A stretch of DNA of 63,548 nucleotides, counting the filler, from Reticulomyxa filosa (Eukaryota > Protista > Foraminifera): NCBI GenBank assembly GCA_000512085.1. It is 17 parts of 17 records of this genome, joined end to end, with 100 filler letters (N's around TTAATTAATTAA, not from the genome) between each part and the next. Parts side by side here need not be neighbours in the genome. Positions count along the whole stretch, not along the records: positions 24,563 to 28,956 come from ASPP01013406.1; positions 29,057 to 31,660 come from ASPP01013383.1; positions 31,761 to 35,618 come from ASPP01010790.1; positions 35,719 to 50,476 come from ASPP01008022.1; 13 more parts are not named here. The stretch is one strand, 5' to 3'. The notes beneath the pieces were generated by a model. The model was not told the DNA's origin, made no database searches, and saw nothing but the letters and a program-made list of their open reading frames with translations. The translations under genes were made by a program, and so were the position numbers. Position 1 is the first letter of the stretch; every line of letters starts with the position of its first letter. Of this stretch, positions 26,179 to 37,327 are shown piece by piece.

Positions 26179-27048
26179 TCAAATGTTGTCACTTCCTCGA
26201 ACAATTTTTCCATTAACAATCTTAATGGAAGTGGTGGTAGTTGGAGCATTACCGTGCACACTTGTAGCAAAGGTATGCAAATTTAAATCGATATTTGTAG
26301 ATTGTGATTTAAAATAGCTCACACACATGACGACCAGAAAGACAAGGAAGAGCAACCACGTGAAAAGGCCTTGAAAAATATAGCCAATGGGTTTGATCGA
26401 TAATAAAAACCCAGCAACGATACCACTGCCATGCCCAACTAAAGACGCATTTGGAACCAACAATTGAATGATTACCAAAGATACCAATGGTGCTAAGTAA
26501 TAAGGTACCGTCATTCCAAACATTGACCAACTGCCTCCAAACAAATTGCATTGATATGTCATCCAACCAAACAACACTCCTTTTTTTTTTGTTATTTTCT
26601 TTTCTTTTTTTTTATCAGTTTAAATTGTTGTTGTTATATTTTAACCTGAGTATCCAATATGATAGGAACGTGAAAAATCTGAAGAGAAAAATTTGGAGGC
26701 AGTCCATCCATATATGACCATTGATATATTACAACATAATAATAGTAAAAATGTCAACTCAAAGTAACGCACGCTGCCCAATATTATTTCCATCACTGCA
26801 ATGTTCCATAAGCTGCTCATGTTAAACATCAAGTGTAGTAGCTTGATGTGACAAAAGGAACTCGTTAGCATTCTCCAATACTCTTGATTTTTTGTTATGC
26901 GATTATAATTGAACGCTATCTGCTCGAAAGGGACCTTGTACTTCCATAAATAAAACCATAATGCACCACAGACTAGTTCTAATGCTGTTGTTAAAGGAAC
27001 TTCACTGAAAGAGGACACCATCAATTCCTTTCTATCAATATCAAACAA
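26179..27048 (-). CDS. Rhomboid intramembrane serine protease (RHBDD1/RBL-like)
   Basis: YWRMLTSSFCHIKLLHLMFNM, HIGYSG|VLFGWM (catalytic Ser) and SLVGHGSGIVAG (catalytic His); one intron at about 26580-26645. Confidence 0.9.
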
Positions 27049-27851
27049 TAGACAATTAATTTGTTTCAGGAAAAAATGTAGCCCCTTAAAACTAAAAAAA
27101 TTTTATACTTGAAAAAAGTAATGCAATATGTACCACACACATAGCTAGAAATTTTAAATAAAAATTATATGGTTATACATATATGTTATATGTACATTAC
27201 GTACTTATTTATGTACGACTTATTATTTTTTAAAAATGTGCTTTTCTTGAAATCGAAATTTAAAAAAATATGCAAGACTACAAGTGCAATCTGTTGCAGC
27301 AGCGGAACTGGAAAAAAAGACTTCAACAAAAGGTGGGCAAAACTCCAAGTTTGCAAAACTAAAAAATTAAAGAACATTCGTTTTAATTACAACGGTGCCA
27401 CTGATTATGATGCCATGAAGAAGCTTTTTCATTATATTGTATTTGTTGATAGAAGACAATCAATCAACAACATGTGTCACTTGTGCAAGCAAAATTTTGG
27501 TTGAAAGTTTGACTGTTGTTGCTGCTGTTTGTGTATCACGAGACTAGCGAAAGAAGAATTGCAATGATGGTATAATTACTCATTATTACATTGGAGAATC
27601 AAGCCACAAATTAGACATATATAGCAAGACATTGAATTTACAAGATGAAATTGCTTCTTATGAGCGATAAATCGGTATAAAGCAAAAAACAAGCTTTTGT
27701 CATTTGAAAAAAAAATTTAATAAAAAATTGTTTTGTGTGAAAATAGTAATATCTTCGTAGTTTTTGTGCAAGAAACGAAATTTTAAAGAGAAAATATAAG
27801 ATGTTGTACATTTAAATAACATCAACTACGAAGTAATAATATTTTTATATA

Positions 27852-28456
27852 CATTAGAATGCAAATTAAAGTTGACACGTAAAACTGCACTTTATATAGT
27901 GATTGATTTTCTTAAAAAATATCTACGATGTGTAGTTTTTAAATATCATTTTGGTTTTGTCATTTATTTTTTAGTTCAGTATATATTGATCTTTGATTTT
28001 TTAATCATTTTTATTTTTTTTAAATGACTAAATGATCGCAAAAAATACAATTAATGGACATTCGATAATTTGAAAAAAGTACTTTTCTCTTATGAAAAAA
28101 TTTTTGAAACAAAAAATAGAGTTTTCTCAAAAACCACGCAACATAAAATGCTACTTTTTTTTTAAATATCTATTCATTGAGCACTTTCTGAAAATGCTTA
28201 AAAAATGTTGTCAAATTTCATTGTTACGACACAGTCACAATATCAACTTTTTCTCGAAAATTTTCAAAAATCAACACAATATTCAAACTTTTTAAACAAT
28301 TAGTAAATATTTAATAAAAACCAAAATGATATTTAAAAACTACAATATTCGTAGATATTTTTTAAAAAAATTATGTCTGGACGTTGTTTTTTCATGAAGA
28401 AAATCAATAATCTCTAAGGTGCGTTTTATGTGTCAACTTTACTTTGAATTCTACTT
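27852..28456. mobile_element. Complete ~605-bp MITE (Tc1/mariner, pogo-like) with long imperfect TIRs and TA target-site duplication
   Basis: Left end TA|CATTAGAATGCAAATTAAAGTTGACAC; right end GTGTCAACTTTACTTTGAATTCTACTT|TA; inverted similarity extends about 100-150 bp. Confidence 0.75.
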
Positions 28457-28792
28457 TAGCAAATTTTTTTTACTAGTTGAAAATATTTTATTGTCAGTTA
28501 AAGTATGATACTAGCGTGAACTTGCAAATCTAAATGTATGTATATGATCTATGATAATATGGAAACATAAAAAAAATACTTATCAGAAATAACACTATCA
28601 ATTAGCCAATAGAAAAGAAAAAAAGTGGAAATTCTATTAATTTTTGACATTACGTTTGTGATAAATCATGTCCAAATACACATAATCTTTTATTTGTGAA
28701 TGTGACTCCGACAGAATTTTATCACAATACGAGTTTGCATGATGAATATCAAAATAATTATGATGAGCTTATAGTAATGTATATAGAAAATA

Positions 28793-28956
28793 CAGTAAGA
28801 TAAAAAAGAAAATTGACACCTAAAATGCCACCTTATAGAGATGATTGTGTTTCTCCATGAAAAAACAACATTTAATCAAAATTAAAAAAAAAATATCTAC
28901 AAATCGTATATTTTTTAAATATCATTTTGGTTTTTTATTAAGTCTTTCTAATTTTT
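28793..28956. mobile_element. MITE family copy 3 (left arm, cut by contig end)
   Basis: TA|CAGTAAGATAAAAAAGAAAATTGACAC...AAATATCTAC...TTTAAATATCATTTTGGTTTT matches the left arm of 27852-28456. Confidence 0.65.
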
Positions 28957-29149
28957 NNNNNNNNNNNNNNNNNNNNNNNNNNNNNNNNNNNNNNNNNNNN
29001 TTAATTAATTAANNNNNNNNNNNNNNNNNNNNNNNNNNNNNNNNNNNNNNNNNNNNAATCAGAAAGAATGAGTTAAAGGGGGTCTCCAAAAAAACAACAA
29101 AAAAAAAAACTAATAATAGTTTGAAGAATTCCAAGGTCGATTAGAGCAA

Positions 29150-30832
29150 TTGTTAAAATATCAATCCTTGACCGAATCAGGACATCTTCAAACAGCTCGA
29201 ATCCGTAAATCCGAAATAGATGAAGCAAAAGAGGACGATGAGTACAGTCGTCAGAACTCGCATTCCAGCGAAGAGCAAAAAGAGAAGGAAGCGAAGGATG
29301 ACCTATCAAAACTGACATCAATGGATTGGGTGAATTTTGACACGAATTTTATCGATCCGTCAGCAACGGATCGGGTGTTTGCGCAATTTGAAACAAAGTT
29401 TGCAAAAAGATTTCTGTCACAGTCGTTGCGACAATCCGTGTTTGAATTATTGCCCCCCGAGTTTCGCATTCAAAAATCACAAACGACAATACTGAGCGAC
29501 GTGAAGCCAGGACGTGATTTGTATTTTTACATGTTTGTGATTGAATTGTTGCAAGTATTCTACTTGTTATTTTTATATAATTTTATGGCGGAAAAAGCGG
29601 GCAGTGCATCGTTCAATACATCGAGGTTCAATGGAGAAATGGTGTTTTGGCTGTTTATTCAAGTGTTATTCTTGGTGGGTGATCGAGTGGCATATCTGCT
29701 GCGAAGTATTCCCGGGAAATTGGTATTGCAAATTATCAGCGTCATTTTGTATCATTGGCAAATATTCATTGTGTGGCCGCGTACCAAAAATGAAATGTTC
29801 AATCGCATACCCGCATTGGTCATTTTTTATCTGATCAAAGTCACGTATTGGATTTTGTCTGCTCTGCAAATCCGTTACGGCTATCCCACTTTCGATCGAA
29901 CGCATTCGCGAATGGCCAAAGAGCATGGCAGTTGGTATTCCTTATTCTTCACTTTGTATGGGTCGATCCCGTTTGTATTTGAAATGAGAACTATTTTGGA
30001 ATGGCTGTGTCTGCCAGTTTGTATATAATTTATTGATATCTATAAAAAATAAATTTGCATCCATACATATATGTACATATATATATAAATATATATATTT
30101 TTTTTTTTTTTTCCAGACCACTTTGACATTTGCCGATCTATTAAAAGTTGAAGAGATTTTCAGTACATTGTTCTTAGCCAAGTGTGATATATTGGCAAGC
30201 AAGGATAGTCGATCACGTGGGGAGTTGGTCCCTTTGTTCCCAGACAAATGCATTCAAGGTGGCTGTGTCTTTGTGGCCATACTCTTGTTTTTGATTTTGC
30301 CGTTGCTACTGTTTAGCACTGCCAGTCCCGCTTCTCAAACCAATGAGGTCTATCAAGCAAACATTAACATCAAGCTTGTCAAGTTTTGTGAAGAAAGAGA
30401 AATATTATGAAATCTATATTTTTGTATATTAGTTTTAATACTGTGCAATGTCTTTCACTATATTATGTATATGCACATATTTTCCTCGAACAAAGTGTGG
30501 CAGGCTTTGGTGACATAAACATATTGTCGTTGAGCAATTTTGAATTTCCTTCTAATGTGGTTTTACCTGATGCATTGCGCACCTCCTTTTCGGGTCGTTC
30601 TCAAATTTACCAAAATGTCACATTCCAAAAAGATGGAGACTCGATATGGACAATCCCTTCGCCAATTCGTCAAAACGTGGGGAAGATGTTTCTTAACACC
30701 TCGCTCGACGAAACATTATCTACACAGGTTGTTCTCTACTACTCCTTCACCAGGCAAGGACCTGCCACCGATAACCCCATTCAAGCCACGCAGGAGTTGG
30801 CGTCGTCACTGACTGGTATTTAAAATATATAT

Positions 30833-30868
<36 letters not shown>

Positions 30869-31637
30869 GTCGCGAAATCAAAAAATAAATAACAATGAAC
30901 AGGCTCGGAAGCAAGAAAATTAGGTAATGTGTTGGTTGGAACGGCAACTGCATGGACTGCACCTAAACCTTTGGCAGTTTGGCTGTCATTACCAGCGAGT
31001 GGGTCGGTTATAATTTTTTCAAGTTCACGCAAGTATCCAGTGACACTAGGAATTATTCTCAAATGTGGAAACCGTGTCAAATATTACTTCCAACAATGGA
31101 TTTTACTGGACTGTTTCCATGTCCGTTCCCACTGATGTTGGCAGTCCGACCTCTGCACAATACCAAGCGCCACTGTCATTTTTATTAGTTTCAGACAACT
31201 TTGTATCCTCTTCGATCTTGTCCGGATTGGGGGTATCATCTTACTCGGTTGTCGGTTTTTACGTCATTGTCGTTTACTCATTTTCTCAATTGTTACGATT
31301 GTTGTATAGTGATAAAATGAAAGAAATCATTTACACGGATTTACAAAATGTGGATTACTTATTACGTTTGGTCAGCACTGTCAAATTGGCACGCAAACAA
31401 AGAAACTTTTATGTTGAAGAACTGTTATTTCGACGTCTCATTCGAATATATAGAGATCCTGCTTTATTGATTTCTTTGACGAGAAGACTAAGTGAACAGG
31501 AACAATCTTCATTGGGCTGGGATGGATACACTGACACAAGTGAAGATGATCCCAACCAATTGGGTTTCTTGTTGAAGGATAGAGCGCCCAGATTTGACAA
31601 ACAAAATGACGCTGAAGATACACAAGAAAAATCATAA
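29150..31637 (+). CDS. PIEZO: Piezo-type mechanosensitive channel, C-terminal (anchor, cap, pore) region, spliced
   Basis: LSALQIRYGYP; PFVFEMRTILEW (PFEW motif); outer helix KCIQGGCVFVAILLFLILPLLLFS; inner helix VVGFYVIVVY; EELLFRRLIRIYRDP. Confidence 0.92.
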
Positions 31638-31869
31638 GAGAAAGGGGATAAAACTACAATNNNNNNNNNNNNNNNNNNNNNNNNNNNNNNNNNNNNNNNN
31701 NNNNTTAATTAATTAANNNNNNNNNNNNNNNNNNNNNNNNNNNNNNNNNNNNNNNNNNNNAAAAAAAAAAAAAAAAAAAAAAAAAGGGGGAATTTTTTTT
31801 TTTAAATTAAAAAAAAAAGCACTTTTTTTTGTAGAATGTTTTGGAACATTTTCGAAAATGTTCGAAATG

Positions 31870-32859
31870 TATATGTACACATACCAATCCATAAGCAGAA
31901 AAAATTCCCTTTAAATTTTGTTGAACGTTGGCATTGCCATACCATTTCTTAAGTGTCTTGAAGTAAAACACTTGTATCATTTGCAGTTTTTCAATGAGTT
32001 GATGGGTCATACCGTGCTTTAAATTTTCCTCGTTTTGAAACGACGCGCCAATTTTGGTGTGAAACAAAAACGGCACCGGTAAGCGACCAATGTGATTTTT
32101 GCTGTCGTGATGGTGGATTTTTTTGTTCGACTTTTGTCTGGGCGGCACTATCAAAACGTTGGTTGAAGACACGGTTGGTGTCGTTGTGGTCGTCATTGTT
32201 GCTATGGTTGGTGTTGAAGTGGCTGATGTTGATGTTGTTGTTATTGTTGTCATTGTTATTTCGGGCACTTTTGTATTAACTCCTACTTTCAATGTCTCTG
32301 GCTTCTTTTCAATGATCATCAGATCATGGTCGAAATAATATTTGCTTATGTCGTTGCTGTTTGTTGTTTTTTCATCGGTGGTGTTGTCATAGTTGCCCGT
32401 CATTTCTTGGGAAAAGTCTTCTATTGCAAAACTTGGCAATCGGTAAATTACTCCTTTTGCTCTTTGTTTTTTTGCTTGTATTGCTGTTTCGTTTGTTTTG
32501 CTCTCGTTGTAGCTTTCTTCACTTTCGCTTATGTATAGGCAGTCGTTGCTTGGGTTTATCCAGTCTTGTAGTGTCCCTTCGTCCTCTGATGGCAAATCAA
32601 ACAACTCATCGCCTTGGTTTCTCGAGTAGATCGCACATTGTCCCAAGTGGTCAATGTGTTCCTTCGTTAGCCATATCTCGAGCTTGTTACTGTTCGCTTT
32701 CAGTTTCTTCAGTAGCTGCCCGCGAACACTCTTCACGAGCTCTGCTAAGCTCAAGTCGCCTTTCCACACATGCCACAATTTCACCAGGCAGTCTGTCGGA
32801 TGTTGAGTGGATTCTATGAATAGTACCAATCTTAGCTTTTGCTCATCATTGCTTGTCAT
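31870..32859 (-). CDS. Uncharacterised protein with Thr-rich linker
   Basis: Long ORF (31807-32949), probable start MTSNDEQKLRL; no family recognised. Confidence 0.55.
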
Positions 32860-33196
32860 GATTTTTGCTGCCAAGAATGGTTTTTTTTTTTTTTTTAGTG
32901 TGTCTGTTTTGTTTCTGTTGTAAAAAAAAAAAAATATAAATAAATACATTATTAACTTTTTTTTTTAGTTTCTTGACAGTGAATAATATTTAAAAATAAA
33001 ATTGGTTTTTGGAAAAAAAAAAAATTTGATATCTCCAATACCTGCATCAAGTTTATTTGCAGACTCTTGAGATGGTGAGCGAAAGTAGTAATGAAAGAGT
33101 TAGCGTTATTGGTGGCAGAAGAAAAGAAAGAAAATAAAGATAAAATAAAACGTGTAAATAAGTTGATGTGTAGAATACAATGTAAATAAAAAAAAA

Positions 33197-34231
33197 TCAC
33201 CGAAAAAAGTGAGAAAACTCAGGGTCTTGAGGACGATTGAAGCGCATACAAAAATCGCGAAAAAGAGACTCTGCCTTGGGAGATAAGACCATGTTGGTGG
33301 TACGACAAAACTGGAGCAAATGTTCAATCTGAAGCGGACGAGATAAAGTGACGAAGGGATGTTGCAGGAGCTCCTCCAAAGTAGGTCTTTGTTTGGGATC
33401 CCTGCTGAGCGATTTGCGAATGATGCTGTTCAGCATGGGATTGTTGGGATGTTCAAAGATGGTGATTTTCTTGGAAGGGTCTGTGATAGTGCAGATTTTG
33501 CCAAGGAGGGATAAGTGAGAAAACGGAGTGCAGCCAAAGTACATTTGGTGCAAAATGCATCCCAAAGACCAAATGTCAGCACTGCGTCCGATTTTGAATT
33601 CGGGAGTCTGTCCCTTCATGTCATTGTCTTTGTGTTCCAATATGGCCTCCGGAGACATGTAGTTCAAAGTACCGATTTGGGCATCGCGATACACGCTAGT
33701 AGTGTCTTCGCCCTCCATTTTTTTGGCAATGCCAAAGTCGATGAGTTTCAACACGCCATTGACCAGCAAGAAGTTGGCCGGCTTCAAGTCACCATGCACA
33801 ATGCGCTCTTTGTGAATGCAGTCCACGCCTTTGAGCATTTGCAAGTAGTACATGCGAATCAGCGCTTCGTCCTTCAAACGTCCCCCTTCCTGTCTCTTTA
33901 GGATATGAGCGAGATCAATGTCACCACACTCCAGCAAAATAAACACGCGATTGTTCTGCTCGTCCATGCACCAGTCGTGTAAAGAGATGATAAACTCCTT
34001 TCCTCGAAGACGATTCAGCAGCGCAATTTCGTTGCGATACGTCTTGCACATCAAGTCGTTCTTGGTGTCTTGCACGACCCACTTCAATGCAAAGATGCGT
34101 TTGTCTTCGGCGATCACTTTGTAGACAATGGAGGAGCCCCCTCTCCCTAGTTCCTCCAGCATTACATATACCTTCCCATTTACCACAATCTTGCGTGCCT
34201 TTGTCGCCGTCTCAGTAGTAGTAGTAGTTGC

Positions 34232-34271
<40 letters not shown>

Positions 34272-34409
34272 TCTGTTGCAGATGATGTCTCTGATGTTCC
34301 GGCTGTCTTTTTTGCTTGTGTATCAATCACGTTCTCTGACTGTCGTCTTCGTTTTCGTTCCGACATCGATACAGACATTGATCTCGATCTTCCATCTTCT
34401 TCATCTTCA

Positions 34410-34444
<35 letters not shown>

Positions 34445-34787
34445 GTTAATATTATTATTGTCGTATATTTGTCCTCTTCTTTCCTTTATTTTGTCCAGTT
34501 GTATCTTCACTTCCATATTGTCGCCGACACTCTGTTCAACCTCTGTCTCGACGTCGATTCCCGGCTGTTTCTCTCTGCCCATATGTTCTCCTTCTTGTTG
34601 CTCTTGCTCGTTTCCGTTTCCTTTGTTTCGGTTTTCAATGTCTTCGTCGTCATCGTCATCGTCATCGTCGTCGTCGTCGTCGTTGTCGTTGTCGTTATTG
34701 TCGTCATCTCTGTCTTGAATCACCACTCGCTGAGGTGGTTGCTGCAAGCCCACATGCGGAGATGACGCCCCATCATCATCATCATCA

Positions 34788-34828
<41 letters not shown>

Positions 34829-35539
34829 ATCATCATTGTTATGCCTCAATTTGGAAGGCGTGAGAACGCTCTTTGTGTATTCCATAAACGACGACGACGA
34901 TGACGACATATCGTCGGCATCGTTCTCTCGGTCATTATTACCCATGCTGCATTGATAGGCGCGATAGCGCTGCACCACTTGGTCCATTTCGTCCTTTGTC
35001 ACTGCTCCGTAATTCAATCCCTTTTTCAACACTTTGACTGCTTTCTTTATCTTGTTCTGCTGCAGATAGTACTTGGCCCAGCTGTGATACAACAACGGCT
35101 CCGATCGACCGATCCCCACGCAATACATCTTTTCGTACACCTGTTTCCCCTTTTCTCGGTCTTTCTTGTCTACACATCCCAAATATGTCTCTCCGTACTC
35201 TAGCCACAACTGCACGTTCTTCTCATCCCTTATCCATGCTTTCTCTTCTTTCAACACATAGTCCAAAAACTCTCCTCGTGCTCTTTGCAAACGCTCCCAT
35301 TCATATCTTTGTTGGCTTCCCATGTACATCAGCATTTTGTACCAGAGCTCCAGTGTCTCTGCATTGTGCTTCCGCTTGTTCTGATTATATGCTTGCCACA
35401 ATTTGCTTTCTAGGCTACGGCCAAGTTCGTCATTTGCATCTGTGATCAATGAACGCCCCCACATAATCAAGCATTCAATTTGTTTTTTTTTTTCTCCCTT
35501 CGGCTCTCCACGCCCTTTCTGCTTCTTAATCAAAAACAT
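33197..35539 (-). CDS. MPS1: Mps1/TTK spindle-checkpoint kinase with N-terminal Mad3/Bub1-type TPR domain
   Basis: Kinase: VNGKVYVMLEELGRGGSSIVYKV, HGDLKPANFLLVNGVLKLIDFGIAK, QIGTLNYMSPEAI, ADIWSLGCILHQMYFGCTPF. TPR: VQLWLEY...MYCVGIGRSEPLLYHSWA. The start may be the ATG at 35464. Confidence 0.9.
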
Positions 35540-35757
35540 GACAAATGTCCACTCTGTTTTTACGCTCGTCTTGAAAGCGAGTCGAAATATACGCTTTTTT
35601 TTTTTTTTTTTTTTTTTTNNNNNNNNNNNNNNNNNNNNNNNNNNNNNNNNNNNNNNNNNNNNTTAATTAATTAANNNNNNNNNNNNNNNNNNNNNNNNNN
35701 NNNNNNNNNNNNNNNNNNTTTTTTTTTTTTTGTGGAGGGTCCATTATATGTAACAGT

Positions 35758-36228
35758 TTGTATAATCCTTTTTTTTTGTTGATTTTGCAAGGTCGCGTAA
35801 TTCAGGAAACCTCACCAAAGCTGGCCATACAAACTTTCAATCGAATCATGAATTATTTCAATACTGAAAAAAAAACAGAGATTGAGGACGAAGAAGTCAA
35901 AATGAAAACTAAGGTGCATTTGGAATTAGGAAGAACCTACTTTTATGAATTAGATGATTACGACAATGCTTATGAACATTACAATAATGCCTTGGACATA
36001 GCCGTGATTTTCCCACAGGTTTTTGACGACACCACTGTCAAATGGGAGCTGCACTATGAAATGGCCATTTTGTTGGCTGACAAAAACTTTAAACATGAAA
36101 ACGTTCAAAATTCATTTCAACTTGCGCAACATCACGCCAGTTTGTGCTTGTCTGTGTGTCTTGACACCGAAGATACTCAAGACATCTTGCAAGTGTTTCA
36201 AGAGCATGGACTTGTTTCTGTAAACTAG
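35758..36228 (+). CDS. TPR-repeat protein, C-terminal exon
   Basis: VHLELGRTYFYELDDYDNAYEHYNNALDI is a typical TPR. Confidence 0.65.
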   Translation: MYNPFFLLILQGRVIQETSPKLAIQTFNRIMNYFNTEKKTEIEDEEVKMKTKVHLELGRTYFYELDDYDNAYEHYNNALDIAVIFPQVFDDTTVKWELHYEMAILLADKNFKHENVQNSFQLAQHHASLCLSVCLDTEDTQDILQVFQEHGLVSVN

Positions 36229-37327
36229 AAGCCTGTTTTTTTTTTGCGTTGTTTTGTTTATTTCCTCGTTCAAAATATTTGATCTGCGTAAAGAATTGTT
36301 GCAAAACTCGAAAGCAGACTTGCTTGTAGTTTTTATTTGCAAAAGAAAAATTCGCACAATGAAAGTCATTTTTACCAAACACGCCTGAAGACTTAAAAAA
36401 GGAGCAACACGTAAAAAACTGGTTTGTTTAGTTTTTTTCAATTTTATTACTTCTTTCTAATGTTAGTTTTTCTTTGTCGAAGAAATAAAACATCATCAGT
36501 GTTTGAGACGAGTTAAATGCCTTAAAGCTATTTTTCCAAAAGAATTTGCCAAAAAAAAAAAGGCAGTTTTTTAAAAGAAAACAAGTTGGGACTATTACAA
36601 TGCTGTTGATAGCAGAAATTGAAGGTTTGTTTAAAATGATTGCACTCACCCACACCGCAAATGCGCATTTTTTTATGTGCTTTCGTGCAATTGATGTTGG
36701 CAAATACATTCCAAGCATCAATTTTTTAATTCCAAGCACAAAAAAAAGCAAGTTTTTCAAGCGTGAGTAAAAATGTTTCTCTGTGCAAAACAGAGCGGAT
36801 GCACTTTTACTTACTAGTACTCTGCGACATTATAAATGTATTTTAAATATTTTGTTGTTTTTAGAATTTGTATGTACAGTTTTTCTTTGTTTTTTAAATA
36901 GGTGTTCCTTTAAAGGTACGCAAAATAGCAAGGAAAAAATAGAACTTGTTAGTCTTGTTGTAAGTGGTTTTGGTCACCCGCTTTGTTTAAAAATTAAATT
37001 GTTGAAAAAATTGAATTTTTTGCACTTTCGGTACTCATATATGAAATCAAAAAGATTGTCGTAATTTTTGTTAAAAAAAGACATGTCCATTGCACTTAAT
37101 TTTTCATAAAATGAGGTTCAATAATTGCGGATAACGAGTTTTTCATCCAAAAATCCTAAAATTTCGTAATATTTTTGCTGATGACAGCTCCAGAAGTAAT
37201 TTGTAGAGTTTTTCCTGCCTCTCTAATGGGCTTAACACAAAATAATTGGTTAGGTAACGTAAACTGGTAAAAACTAAGTAAAAAAATCGAAACAAAAAAA
37301 ACTACAATTTTGGCCCCATTTAAGGTC

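Noticed and set aside
34128-34718. Antisense ORFs with poly-Leu/Ser/Val over Mps1 and similar shadow ORFs elsewhere
   Set aside because: They are by-products of trinucleotide repeats (AAT, GAT/GAC) in the real coding strand.
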